Below, piece by piece: positions 23,721 through 37,369 of a stretch of DNA of 42,379 nt. The notes below the pieces were generated by a model, which made no database searches, had not been told where the DNA came from, and was given only the letters and a program-made list of their open reading frames with translations. Numbering within the stretch: position 1 is the stretch's first letter; each line of letters starts with the position of its first letter. The translations under genes and the position numbers were made by a program. Source of the DNA: Octopus bimaculoides (lineage: Eukaryota); assembly GCF_001194135.2 (NCBI RefSeq), contig NC_068993.1, positions 57,203,392 through 57,245,770 of the forward strand. Direction: 5' to 3'.

Positions 23721-23793
23721 GTGGAATTTGAACTCAGAACGTATCAGCAGACGAAATACCGCTAAGCATTTCGCCCGGCGTGCTAACGTTTCT
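23721..23793 (-). mobile_element. SINE family A 5' (tRNA-like) half
   Basis: Reverse complement of AGAAACGTTAGCACGCCGGGCGAAATGCTTAGCGGTATTTCG...GAGTTCAAATTCC. Confidence 0.88.
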
Positions 23794-24537
23794 TATTTCT
23801 TTATTGCCCACAAGGAGCTAGTTCTTCTAGGTTGCACGAATCTACCATTAATAGATTTGTACCTGTGTTATTTCATGGTTTAACAGGTAGAAACGTTCTT
23901 ACTCGACGAGTTTACGGATGGAAACCGCGATTGTTAGGTTTCTAAACTGTGTATTCATAGTGGAATCAATATTGATTAATGACTGATCAATACTGACTGA
24001 ACTTTCATCTGCGATAAACTGAAAGCTACCATTGATTGGACCACTCAAACGCATTTAACCTATATTCATGAATCAAAGACTCATATATTCCAGATAGGAT
24101 TCATGATCCAATGCCTGTTCAGTTGCTTTCAAGTTATCTTTATTTTATCTGCTAACCTTATTATCTCGTGCATCTTCGACTACTCAACCAGCTAGGATTG
24201 CAAAAGAAGTAATTAGTAGCAAATAAACAAACAAACCCATACCCAACCTGGAAACAAGCCGTACCAAACAATAACAGACACAAAATATTTACAAACACGA
24301 AAGTCAAATCCCAACAGTAATCTGCAACATCTTGCAAGTGTTATCTCCCGTTGCTCCATTCTTTTCGCAGTGAAGGGTATTAATAGCTTAATAAGAAACA
24401 CTGTGAAAACCGCTGAATTATTTATGTCGTGAAAACAACAAGTCAACAAGCAGCGAGTCGACATATACACACGCATACACAAATGCATATTCATGCACAT
24501 ATACAGTCATATGTATGTATGTGTATAAGTATATATA

Positions 24538-24568
<31 letters not shown>

Positions 24569-24806
24569 CAGTATATATGTATATGGACATACAAATTCAC
24601 AGATACATAAGCACACATGCATATATGTATTTGAGTGTGTGTGTGTGTGTGTTTGTCTGTGTATGCGTATGTGTTACAAACAGGAATTGAATAACGCATG
24701 CGTATTTCAATAACTTTACGACTGATTTATACTTCAAACTTTAGGCTTTAAGTTTTTGCATTCATTTATTTTTCCTAAAAGTATATATATATATGTATGT
24801 ATACAT

Positions 24807-24883
<77 letters not shown>

Positions 24884-25644
24884 NNNNNNNNNNNNNNNNN
24901 NNNNNNNNNNNNNNNNNNNNNNNNNNNNNNNNNNNNNNNNNNNNNNNNNNNNNNNNNNNNNNNNNNNNNNNNNNNNNNNNNNNNNNNNNNNNNNNNNNNN
25001 NNNNNNNNNNNNNNNNNNNNNNNNNNNNNNNNNNNNNNNNNNNNNNNNNNNNNNNNNNNNNNNNNNNNNNNNNNNNNNNNNNNNNNNNNNNNNNNNNNNN
25101 NNNNNNNNNNNNNNNNNNNNNNNNNNNNNNNNNNNNNNNNNNNNNNNNNNNNNNNNNNNNNNNNNNNNNNNNNNNNNNNNNNNNNNNNNNNNNNNNNNNN
25201 NNNNNNNNNNNNNNNNNNNNNNNNNNNNNNNNNNNNNNNNNNNNNNNNNNNNNNNNNNNNNNNNNNNNNNNNNNNNNNNNNNNNNNNNNNNNNNNNNNNN
25301 NNNNNNNNNNNNNNNNNNNNNNNNNNNNNNNNNNNNNNNNNNNNNNNNNNNNNNNNNNNNNNNNNNNNNNNNNNNNNNNNNNNNNNNNNNNNNNNNNNNN
25401 NNNNNNNNNNNNNNNNNNNNNNNNNNNNNNNNNNNNNNNNNNNNNNNNNNNNNNNNNNNNNNNNNNNNNNNNNNNNNNNNNNNNNNNNNNNNNNNNNNNN
25501 NNNNNNNNNNNNNNNNNNNNNNNNNNNNNNNNNNNNNNNNNNNNNNNNNNNNNNNNNNNNNNNNNNNNNNNNNNNNNNNNNNNNNNNNNNNNNNNNNNNC
25601 CAGTGGAGCCCCTTCTCCGAACAAATAATTTTTGTATTATTGAT

Positions 25645-25654
25645 CGAGTTGTTG

Positions 25655-25686
<32 letters not shown>

Positions 25687-25981
25687 GGCGGCAGTGGTGG
25701 CGGTCATGGTGATAATGATGATGGTGATGAAAATGATGATTACAGTGGTGATGTCGAAGATGACGACGATGATGGTGATGATGATATTAAGGATGATGAT
25801 GATGATGATAATATTGATGATGGTGATGGTGGTGACGCTGCTGTTTCTGCAGTTTCTGTTGTTATTGTTGCTGCTGTTACTGTTGTTCGCGATTTTCTTG
25901 TGCGTTTGCAATTTTTGTGTGGGGTAAATTAAAAATACATTGCACTCACCTATTTTGCTTTCGTGTTTTTTTCTTTTCTTT

Positions 25982-26029
<48 letters not shown>

Positions 26030-26640
26030 GTGGTGATGATGATGAGGATGATGAGGATGATGAGGATGAGGATGAGGAGGAGAGTGTTGACGCCGATCAG
26101 GATCACAACTATAACTATCAGCGTCGTCGTCATCTTCGTAATCCTCCTCCTCCTCCCCGTCATCATCCTCATTCTAATCAACCATCATTGTCAGTTTCAA
26201 CCACATCATCATCATCATCATCATCATCGTCGTCGTCGTCGTCGTCATCATTATCATCATCATTATCGTCAGCATCAACGTCATCACTTTCGTTTTGAAG
26301 GTGTTGATGAGGAATTGTCTAATGAATGAATGAATGATGATGATGATGATGATGATGATGACGACGACGACGACGAAGACAACGATGACAATGATCATAA
26401 TGAAGATGATGACTACGAGGATAGTCACGCCGGCGATGACAAGAAAGATGATGGAGGTGATGATGATGACGACGACGACGTCGACGGTGGGGGTGACGAT
26501 TAGGAAGACGATGATGATGATGACGACGACGGTGATGAGGGTGATGATGTTGAGGATGGTGGTGGTGATGATAGTTATGTTGATAACAGTGACGATGCTG
26601 CTGCTGTTGATGCTGCTGCTGTCGATGATGATGATGATAA
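25645..26640 (+). repeat. Compound (GTT)/(GGT)/(GAT)/(GAC) and inverted (CAT)/(CGT) triplet arrays
   Basis: Seen directly; source of the poly-D/M/H/S ORFs. Confidence 0.94.
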
Positions 26641-27627
26641 TGCACGTGCATTCTTGTTGCATCTAATGAAGATGTTACTATCGGTGAAGTCCTTTCCTCT
26701 CCAACAAAGACAAAAAAAGACGCCCATCCGTACAGATACGATGATGTTGTTGTTCTTCACGTTGTTGTATTTGTACAAGCTGCTATTGATGTTTGTGTTT
26801 TGTTTCCTTGTTGTTGTCGGTTTCAGTTGTTTCTTGGTGTGACTGCCGTTGTTGTTGCAGTTGCCAAAGTTGTTGTTCTTTATAGTGACTATAGTATCTG
26901 GAATTTCGCTGCCGATGTTGTTGTTGTCCTTGTTGGTGTTGTGTCTTTTGATGAAGCAATTACTATTTCTCTTACTGTTGTTTTTTGACTCGATGTTTTT
27001 TTCTTTGCTTTGTCTTCAGTGTTGTTGTTGTTGTTGTTGTTGTTGCTTTTTGTTCGTTGTTGTTATAGCTTCTTTGAAGTTTTTGTTGCCATCTTATTTA
27101 TTTTTGTTACTTGTTATTTGTGGCTGTCTTGACGACTGCAAGTGATGCAGTACAGAGAAATCTACAGATGATTTTACACCCGGCATATATGCACATACAT
27201 GCACAAATATGTGTTGCCGAACCTTCAAACGAGCAAACAGATTCAATATAATAACGCATACACAGTTACCCCAAGCATATATTCGAGCAGATATACATAC
27301 GTATTTTACTACGCATTGGAGAGAATTGAGGAATGGAATATAGGGGTGAGAGGGTGGGTGTTTGGAATATAAAAGAACATGATTAAAGAGTAAAGGTACC
27401 AAGAAGCAAGGAGGTAGTTAAAGGTATATATACAAACATACATATATGTGTGTATGTGTACATTTATATACACATATACATGAAGGAGGAATGCAAATAT
27501 AACAATACAGACACAAACAAATATATATATATATATGTTTGTGAGTGTGTGTCTGTGTGTGTATGTGTTTGTAGAGACAGAGAGAGGGAGCAAGAGGGAA
27601 ACACAACACACACACACACACACATAC

Positions 27628-27659
<32 letters not shown>

Positions 27660-27849
27660 GCTCATAACCATACATTATATACAGACATACAACAATGCAT
27701 GTACATGCACACACACATATATACATAGAGAAAGAGAGAGTGTCACATAACACAGCACATACACATACATACATGCCTACATTCATACATGCATACATAC
27801 ATACATATATGTATATATACGCATAAACACTCACTTTCACCAATAACTA

Positions 27850-27886
<37 letters not shown>

Positions 27887-28317
27887 TATACAGCCACCTC
27901 AATACACACATACACCTTCCTATCTGTGTATGTATGTATGCGTCGATGCATGTGAGTGTATATATAATCGTATGTACGTGCATGTATTTCTTGCGCAATT
28001 TCGGTTCACACAATTGCATCGTCATAGAATAATATTGGACATTAAGTCTTATGTTTATTCTTGAATTCCTTTTCATTTTATTATTTTATATCAATAATAA
28101 ATATCATTAGATACCACAATCATTCGTCCTTACATCTGCAACCAAGTCTCAGATATCTTTATCCATTGCTGACGACATTCTAACATATAGAGTGTAATAA
28201 ACTATCAGTGGCCAATTCCCATATGTACGACGAACACAAAATGCTAGCTGCAAGATAATGTATTGCGTATCTGTACGTCCGCATATTAGAATATGATGGC
28301 TAACATTATGTGTTGAG

Positions 28318-28367
<50 letters not shown>

Positions 28368-28663
28368 TGATAAAAATGATTATAAAGATAATAAAATCGT
28401 GTGAAAGGACTCACTATAATGAACCAAATCTAAGTGCAGGCATTAGGTTGGTGAACTTACTGGTGATTTACAGGAAACATACACGCGTACGCACGCAGGT
28501 ACACACGCACGCAAGCATACGCGCACGCACTTGTATGCAGGTACATATACAACACATGCTGTTAAACTAATAACAACAATAAACAATAGAGTTTGTGTGT
28601 AATCAGGAAGTGAACGTTATGTGGTATATAGTAACTTCACAAAATATCAATAGGCCGAAATAA

Positions 28664-28713
28664 TAAAATAAAATAAAATAAAATAAAATAAAATAAAATA
28701 AAATAAAATAAAA
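28664..28713 (+). repeat. (TAAAA)n pentanucleotide repeat
   Basis: Seen directly. Confidence 0.97.
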
Positions 28714-30852
28714 CTACTAACTGGAAGCGTAGTTGATGATTTTAAGCTTTAATGCTTAATTCGTTATAATTTTTGCCTTCATAACCCTTCATAAAACGAA
28801 TTATTTGCATTTTCATCGATACGCGTGCAGTAGTCTATAGCATTGCTCATTACATATCCTAAATATACAATTTCCTGTGTCAAACCTCAGAACAGTTCAG
28901 GACACTGAACTGTCTTATGATGAGATGTTTTGTTCCTGAATGCAGTGTTTTGTAGCTTCATAAGCTGCATCAAATCCACTGATCTTTTTTTGTTTTTATT
29001 TCTTATATCTTGTGGATATTAATATATCCTGGATTATTGCCTTGAGTGAGGTTCCTTTCTGAAAGTGTTTCGATTGTCTGGCGAGTAAATTTCCCTTGGT
29101 CCTTCCAAAGTAAGTGTGGTTACATTAACAAAATAATTTGTAAACAATATTTTTTTCCCCACATATAATAATCGATCGTCACCAGGAAATTCCTAGCTAT
29201 ATTCGACAGCAGAATTTTTATGAAATGCTGAGGAAAGGACATAAATTGTTTTAAAATATAGATAGGCCTTCTTATTTTGCATGCCAATTTCCATGTGTTT
29301 CGACCTTTCATAATGCTACCACAAAACTGGCAAACAATTAGTTATCAATGCTATTTCATAATTTTTAATAAACTTTTACTACAGAATGCAGAGAACACTC
29401 CGTGCCTATTGCGCTTAAGCTGCGTCCCATTACGCAGCCGATCCACTGTCTCTGAAAAACCTAACAGTCATTGAATTGCCCGCTCAATACGTAAACCGAA
29501 CTGGCTTATATGAACGAGGATCATTTACCATTCAATGATAATCAACCTTACTTAGATGTCATAGCAACCTCACAACTTAGTATTATCGTTTCGTAATGAT
29601 CAAACGTGCTTTTTGCGTTAGTAATATATTTCCATGTTAAAATGTTAAGAGAAACTTAGGCCCATATATGATAAGAACACATTCGTTTCGCTTGGAGGCA
29701 TACCTTTATGATCGCGTACCTATCTTAATGAACGATAGACGGCGAACAAACTTCCGTATTTGCTGAAAAACCTCCAGTTCCGTTGCGTTAATGATACTTT
29801 ATATGGCACGACTTGAATACAAAGGTATGTATGATAAAACTGATATGCCAGTAAAATTACGACAACGCACCTATCAGCGTATCCGCAATGATATCTGCTT
29901 TATGTTCTTTTCTCAGATAAAGGTACTCGAGTATTTTGAAGCGTAATAACCTGATTAAAGAATGAAAATTGCAGCACTGCTCAAGCTAATTCCTAAACAT
30001 TTTGCACATTTGTATGGCAAATTTAAAATAATCTTCTAAGATAAATACTTTTGCTGATAGAGAAAAGAATATATGAAAGGAAAACCGCTACACACACCAA
30101 GCGTCTAAGTAACAAAATCACCAAAACGCAAAAAAATAGACGTTGCAACATACAAAATTGTGATTGAAATGAAGCCTCATGCTTCCCTTTTCAAGTCAAA
30201 AGACCGTGCAGCACGCCCAGCCATATGATACCGTCGTCACATATGAAGAACAAAAATATGCTTTCATTTTCAAGTGTGAATGCAGGCTAATTAACCATTT
30301 TAGCAGAAAGATTGGCATATCAAGCAGGAGTATTCTCGAAGCTGTCAATGCAGTTATCAGATGTTCGCAATTAGTTCAACGAAAATGCAGATCTGCCATT
30401 AACAGCTGGGTCATCGGTATTAAGAAATAATCTGGCACACAAAATTTCATATCACTGGTTCCTAAGCATTTTATTGATATCCCTCCACATGAAAGCTACG
30501 GACTTCTAGGGGAAATTAACTCGAGTAAATACCTTCAAAACAAAAATTATCATGAACACGAAGTTTATTCGTTATTTTACGTCTCTGTTGGGATTAATGA
30601 TGGGAATGAAGTCGCAGATCTCTTTGGAATATTTATTCTTCATACTCACAATAATGCATATCCACAGCCTAGACGTTCCGAGCCATATAAACTGCCACGC
30701 AATTGGTATATTTAAGGTTTTATCATGAACCATCGGTTGTTTGGTTTAAACATAACTACGGCCATCAACCTAACTACGGTGAACTTTATGCTATTTTAAA
30801 TTTTAAAACAGACCAGTTGTAGAAGATAGAATTCACTAATCCCTTTATTCAG

Positions 30853-30897
30853 AACCACAGCGATCGTTTCGAATCATCGTGTACCTGTATCTTACAG
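30853..30897 (+). CDS. Candidate symmetric 45-nt exon (all three frames open)
   Basis: Acceptor ctaatccctttattcAG and strong donor CAG|GTGAGA; reads EPQRSFRIIVYLYLT, TTAIVSNHRVPVSY or NHSDRFESSCTCILQ depending on phase. Confidence 0.35.
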
Positions 30898-31178
30898 GTG
30901 AGATGCTCTACAATCAATTATTATCAGTCATATGTGTAGATGCCCTTCCTCAGCTGACTTCTCAAAATTACTTCGTTTTATTTTTACTGACTGTTTCGCT
31001 GATTCTCTATAACAATACATCTAGAAGTACCGTTGACATCCGTATGTAATAGCTATCTTTAAATTAGCATCCATAAGTCTAGACCTGTCCCATCAATCTC
31101 ATTCTGTGGAAAAGCTGACTTGCGAGTCTGCTAGCAACAAATTTAGACCGAACACGAAACGTACTTATCATGAATCGA

Positions 31179-31203
31179 TAATAATAATAATAATAATAAT
31201 AAT

Positions 31204-31262
<59 letters not shown>

Positions 31263-31266
31263 TAAA

Positions 31267-31340
<74 letters not shown>
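31179..31340 (+). repeat. (AAT)n microsatellite
   Basis: Seen directly. Confidence 0.98.
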
Positions 31341-31341
<1 letters not shown>

Positions 31342-31755
31342 TCCTCACTATATTAACCATATATGACTGAGCTTCATTTCAATTTACAGCTTTACAATTT
31401 CTGCGAAAATACTTATATACATTATATGATTTCTATATAGAAACAATATGCATACATACATACATACACACATACATACATACATATATATATTTCATNN
31501 NNNNNNNNNNNNNNNNNNNNNNNNNNNNNNNNNNNNNNNNNNNNNNNNNNNNNNNNNNNNNNNNNNNNNNNNNNNNNNNNNNNNNNNNNNNNNNNNNNNN
31601 NNNNNNNNNNNNNNNNNNNNNNNNNNNNNNNNNNNNNNNNNNNNNNNNNNNNNNNNNNNNNNNNNNNNNNNNNNNNNNNNNNNNNNNNNNNNNNNNNNNN
31701 NNNNNNNNNNNNNNNNNNNNNNNNNNNNNNNNNNNNNNNNNNNNNNNNCACACAC

Positions 31756-31793
<38 letters not shown>

Positions 31794-33292
31794 TTGATCT
31801 CTGTGGCTCACAATCGTTTTGGGCGTGTCTGTGTTTTCGATTATGGAGCTAATTGGTAATTAGAGACAGATTGAAAGAGAATAACTGAGTGAAAATCGTT
31901 TTGCGAGGGAAAGAGAGAATCGATCGGAAAAACTAGAAGCAACGGATCATAGTGTTGTGTAAGGAGAGAGTGACTCATCCTAATTTCAATATACAGTAAT
32001 GGATAGTGTGGAGTACACATTAGGAAGTGATGATATTAGTATAGTGGTAATAGTAGGAGTACTAGGTTTAGTATATAGTTTATCTATCTATCTATATACT
32101 TATATACACACACACACACACCCACACACACACATATATATATAAATATGTATATGTGTATATATATATATATATAATTATATGTATTTCTTCTATCTTA
32201 ATGAATAAAAATTCTTCGGATAGTATAAATGGGTTAATAGAAACCAATGTAGCAAAAAACACAAAATAACTGTGGTGCAGTTCCTGTTTTTAAGGCAGGA
32301 ACTCCTTGAAATTTTGGGTATTTGAGTATATTTAAAAATTTAAGGAATGGAGAAAACGCATGTTATAATTGCATACTTTATTCCTACATATGTTTCACAG
32401 GATTACAACCTGTGTGATCCATATGGTATCTGTGATATNNNNNNNNNNNNNNNNNNNNNNNNNNNNNNNNNNNNNNNNNNNNNNNNNNNNNNNNNNNNNN
32501 NNNNNNNNNNNNNNNNNNNNNNNNNNNNNNNNNNNNNNNNNNNNNNNNNNNNNNNNNNNNNNNNNNNNNNNNNNNNNNNNNNNNNNNNNNNNNNNNNNNN
32601 NNNNNNNNNNNNNNNNNNNNNNNNNNNNNNNNNNNNNNNNNNNNNNNNNNNNNNNNNNNNNNNNNNNNNNNNNNNNNNNNNNNNNNNNNNNNNNNNNNNN
32701 NNNNNNNNNNNNNNNNNNNNNNNNNNNNNNNNNNNNNNNNNNNNNNNNNNNNNNNNNNNNNNNNNNNNNNNNNNNNNNNNNNNNNNNNNNNNNNNNNNNN
32801 NNNNNNNNNNNNNNNNNNNNNNNNNNNNNNNNNNNNNNNNNNNNNNNNNNNNNNNNNNNNNNNNNNNNNNNNNNNNNNNNNNNNNNNNNNNNNNNNNNNN
32901 NNNNNNNNNNNNNNNNNNNNNNNNNNNNNNNNNNNNNNNNNNNNNNNNNNNNNNNNNNNNNNNNNNNNNNNNNNNNNNNNNNNNNNNNNNNNNNNNNNNN
33001 NNNNNNNNNNNNNNNNNNNNNNNNNNNNNNNNNNNNNNNNNNNNNNNNNNNNNNNNNNNNNNNNNNNNNNNNNNNNNNNNNNNNNNNNNNNNNNNNNNNN
33101 NNNNNNNNNNNNNNNNNNNNNNNNNNNNNNNNNNNNNNNNNNNNNNNNNNNNNNNNNNNNNNNNNNNNNNNNNNNNNNNNNNNNNNNNNNNNNNNNNNNN
33201 NNNNNNNNNNNNNNNNNNNNNNNNNNNNNNNNNNNNNNNNNNNNNNNNNNNNNNNNNNNNNNNNNNNNNNNNNNNNNNNNNNNNNNNNNNNN

Positions 33293-33326
<34 letters not shown>

Positions 33327-34149
33327 CATATATAGACATATATATATACAGACACACACATATACACACACATGCACACCCCCACACACACTCACATATG
33401 ATATGATATATATATACATATATGTATATATATATTGTTATATATGTACATATGTACGGGTTCTTCTGAATCCTGATATTAAATGGGAGAAATTGATCGT
33501 TTAACAAATTGCACCTATTATGAAAGGAAAGGCGGTGAGTTTGTGTCGGTAAATGGTGGATTGGTGCATTATAGTTCAGAGGTAGCATTGTGGCTTAGAA
33601 CTTAGAACACAGTGTGAGAATTCGTAGTGCGGCACGGCGATTGGTTTCTTAGTTCGATCGTTGGGGCATGGTGTAGAGGCTGGTGAATAAATGTACAAAT
33701 TGCAAGGCGATGTAGAGTTTGAGAGTACGGTGGGGCAGGGCTTGCATTACAGGGCGGAGGTTGGAGCGCAGTTTGAATGCTGCAGTGAGAGATGGAGATT
33801 GGAGCACTGTGTAAAGGTTTGATAATCATGTGGTTGTTGCGGTGTATTTAGGTGTGGGGGGTTTGGTGCGGTGCTTGGGTTTTAGTTGGATGTGGTGGAA
33901 GGAAGGCAAGGCAAAATGGAGGATTGATTGAAAGAACTGTGTGATAAGAAAATAAAATGAAAATATTGACTAAATAAACGAAAATCTGGAGTATTTAGAA
34001 GGTTGTAATTTCATTAAAACGTGTGTTAATGGATTTTCTATCGCAGCTTCAGGTCGTCAGGTGAAGTTGAAATATTCTTTGCTGTTTAAAGTGGTAGAAT
34101 CACTCCGCCTAACAACTCAACTAGCATCCACTAATCGCGTCTAGCTAAA

Positions 34150-35148
34150 CACCACCGCCTCCACCACCACCACCACCACCCCTGCCACCGCCACAGTCAA
34201 CAAAAACAACAACAACAACAATAACAAAAACGTCAGAAACAAAATCAAACACAAAAACAACACCGATATCAGCATCAACGTACAAATCAACTCCAACGTT
34301 AACACCGTGTTTGCAACTACTATCACCTCAGCGACTGATGAGAATCACCACCACCACCACTGCCACCACTGCAGCCGTCACAAACTACTAACTGCTAACT
34401 AAGACTAACCCCACGATAGCTACCACCCCTACTAGCTTTATTTAAACGAACATCATAAGGAACACCAACGCCAACACCACAGCAACCACAGACACCATAC
34501 CAATATTAACTACCACCGCCTGCACAACCACCGGAATGAACATGACCACCGACACCACCACCAGCATCACCAACGTCACCACCACAACCAACAACAACAA
34601 NNNNNNNNNNNNNNNNNNNNNNNNNNNNNNNNNNNNNNNNNNNNNNNNNNNNNNNNNNNNNNNNNNNNNNNNNNNNNNNNNNNNNNNNNNNNNNNNNNNN
34701 NNNNNNNNNNNNNNNNNNNNNNNNNNNNNNNNNNNNNNNNNNNNNNNNNNNNNNNNNNNNNNNNNNNNNNNNNNNNNNNNNNNNNNNNNNNNNNNNNNNN
34801 NNNNNNNNNNNNNNNNNNNNNNNNNNNNNNNNNNNNNNNNNNNNNNNNNNNNNNNNNNNNNNNNNNNNNNNNNNNNNNNNNNNNNNNNNNNNNNNNNNNN
34901 NNNNNNNNNNNNNNNNNNNNNNNNNNNNNNNNNNNNNNNNNNNNNNNNNNNNNNNNNNNNNNNNNNNNNNNNNNNNNNNNNNNNNNNNNNNNNNNNNNNN
35001 NNNNNNNNNNNNNNNNNNNNNNNNNNNNNNNNNCAGCGGCAGCGACACCACCACCAGCATCACCAACGTCACCACCACAACCAACAACAACAATAGTAAC
35101 ACCAACATCAGCACCGCCACCACACCACCAGTACCAACCACTACCACC

Positions 35149-35180
<32 letters not shown>

Positions 35181-35205
35181 CAACAACAACAAAAACAGCA
35201 ACACC
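34150..35205 (+). repeat. CAC/CAA-rich low-complexity or minisatellite tract with internal gap
   Basis: Seen directly; the same ~50-mer (GACACCACCACCAGCATCACCAACGTCACC...) lies on both sides of the 34601-35033 gap. Confidence 0.9.
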
Positions 35206-35640
35206 GTGAAATAACCAAATAACTAAATACACTGAATATGCTAATGAAATCCAGCTTGAACACTAACATCTGCATCAGTGCCACTGAGGTGTCACGCGAA
35301 CCCAAGGACGGAACCTATGGCCAGTTTCCCCATCTGCGGTTTCGCAAAGCAGGCAAGTGTCCACCTAATTAGAGCTTGCATTCTACAAGAGAGAAAGACA
35401 TTAAAGACAACGTAATCGAAGAGACATTGGTGTCAGAACAAGACATGGATGTTTATAGTTGGGAGAGCAGAGGTCATAGGTTTTGGTCGATGAGGATTGA
35501 ACCGGGGTGAAAAGAAAACGAGAATGCATTTATCACAACGAATACTAACGCCGCTATCATCAACATCCCCCATACACATCAGCAGCACCATCACAGTCGA
35601 CAACGACAAGAACAGCAACAAGAACAACAATAATAGCACT

Positions 35641-35978
35641 GGTACTCTGTCACTTACGGCGACAAAGGTTCCAGTTGATCCGATCAACGGAATAGCGAGC
35701 TCGTGAAATTAACTTGCAAGTGGCTGAGCACTCCGCAGACACCACAGACACCACAGACACACGTACTCTTAATGTAGATTTTAGGGATATTCAGAGTGAC
35801 ACAGAATGTGACAAGGCTGGCCCCTTTGAATTACAGGTATTATTTTTGAGTTTTTAGTGAACTGGTGCAACGCGAAATAAAGTTTCTTGCTGAAGGGCAT
35901 AACGCGCCGTTGGGAGTCGCACTCGCGAGATTACGAGCGCGAGCCGGGTACCTTAACCACCAAGTCACGCGCCTTCAC
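35641..35978 (-). mobile_element. Octopus tRNA-derived SINE, 'family D'
   Basis: Minus strand starts GTGAAGGCGCGTGACTTGGTGGTTAAGG (box A-like) and has a degenerate box B (GAGTGCGACTCCC); + strand body GGTTCCAGTTGATCCGATCAACGG...GTGACAAGGCTGGCCC is a common octopus repeat as I recall it. Confidence 0.8.
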
Positions 35979-36070
35979 GGAACAGAAGTACATCGCGCCA
36001 TTACTAACTAAGACACGACTTTGCAGTATCCGCTATTACCAACACGATATCCGACATCCCTACGCCTATC

Positions 36071-36102
<32 letters not shown>

Positions 36103-36355
36103 AAACAACAACAACAAAAAGTTTCAATAGAATCAGCGCCAACCTTTACCACACCAAACACGCCCTCAACACCACCATAAATCAAAACAAAGTCACATAT
36201 TGCGAGAACCTAATTAAAAATCGATAATTGAGAAGTTAATTAACCTGATTCAAACTTTTTGAAAATCGAAACCTTTAATATTTAATTGTTTACTACTTTC
36301 ATGTTTTTGTTTATTGAATATATTTATTTATTTGCTACTATTATTTACAATTTAC

Positions 36356-36485
<130 letters not shown>

Positions 36486-36950
36486 TGCTGTTGTTGCAAT
36501 TTCTATGTTTTGTTTGTGTATATTGAGAATTTACGATGTAGAGTGGATGAAAATTATATTTTGTTAATGTTATTTGGTATATCCTATATCTCCAGCATAT
36601 TTATGTCTGTGTGCCTGTATGTGATTTTATATATATATATATATATNNNNNNNNNNNNNNNNNNNNNNNNNNNNNNNNNNNNNNNNNNNNNNNNNNNNNN
36701 NNNNNNNNNNNNNNNNNNNNNNNNNNNNNNNNNNNNNNNNNNNNNNNNNNNNNNNNNNNNNNNNNNNNNNNNNNNNNNNNNNNNNNNNNNNNNNNNNNNN
36801 NNNNNNNNNNNNNNNNNNNNNNNNNNNNNNNNNNNNNNNNNNNNNNNNNNNNNNNNNNNNNNNNNNNNNNNNNNNNNNNNNNNNNNNNNNNNNNNNNNNN
36901 NNNNNNNNNNNNNNNNNNNNNNNNNNNNNNNNNNNNNNNNNNNNNNNNNN

Positions 36951-36984
<34 letters not shown>

Positions 36985-37369
36985 TGTATGATTATGTATC
37001 GTTAAGTCGTTGTGTTTGCAAATATTGAAATATTGTTATTTACAAAACAAGCTTACAAAAAGAAAACAATTCAGTATCGTAAACAGATTTAAAGTCTTGC
37101 ATATATTAGTTTAGATCTCTCTTCTTACAAATAATCACTATGAAGAAATGCCAAGAAATGGACGGATTGTCATTGTGTCCCACGATGTATCAATAATGGC
37201 AGGAAATGGTGTCCTTTTATTGCGAGTGATCTAAAAATTTTACATTGAACAGCCATAATGTTCCCTCTCGAAAATGTAACACTCCACTTCTAACAGTATA
37301 TTTTATACACCACCTTGTTATTAAATCCCTAATTACAAAATATGGGATTTGATCAGTTATCATCTTGAT

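Noticed and set aside
30179-30430. 83-aa non-repetitive ORF
   Set aside because: Length is within chance expectation and no motif is recognised; covered only as part of the 28.7-31.1 kb block to test.
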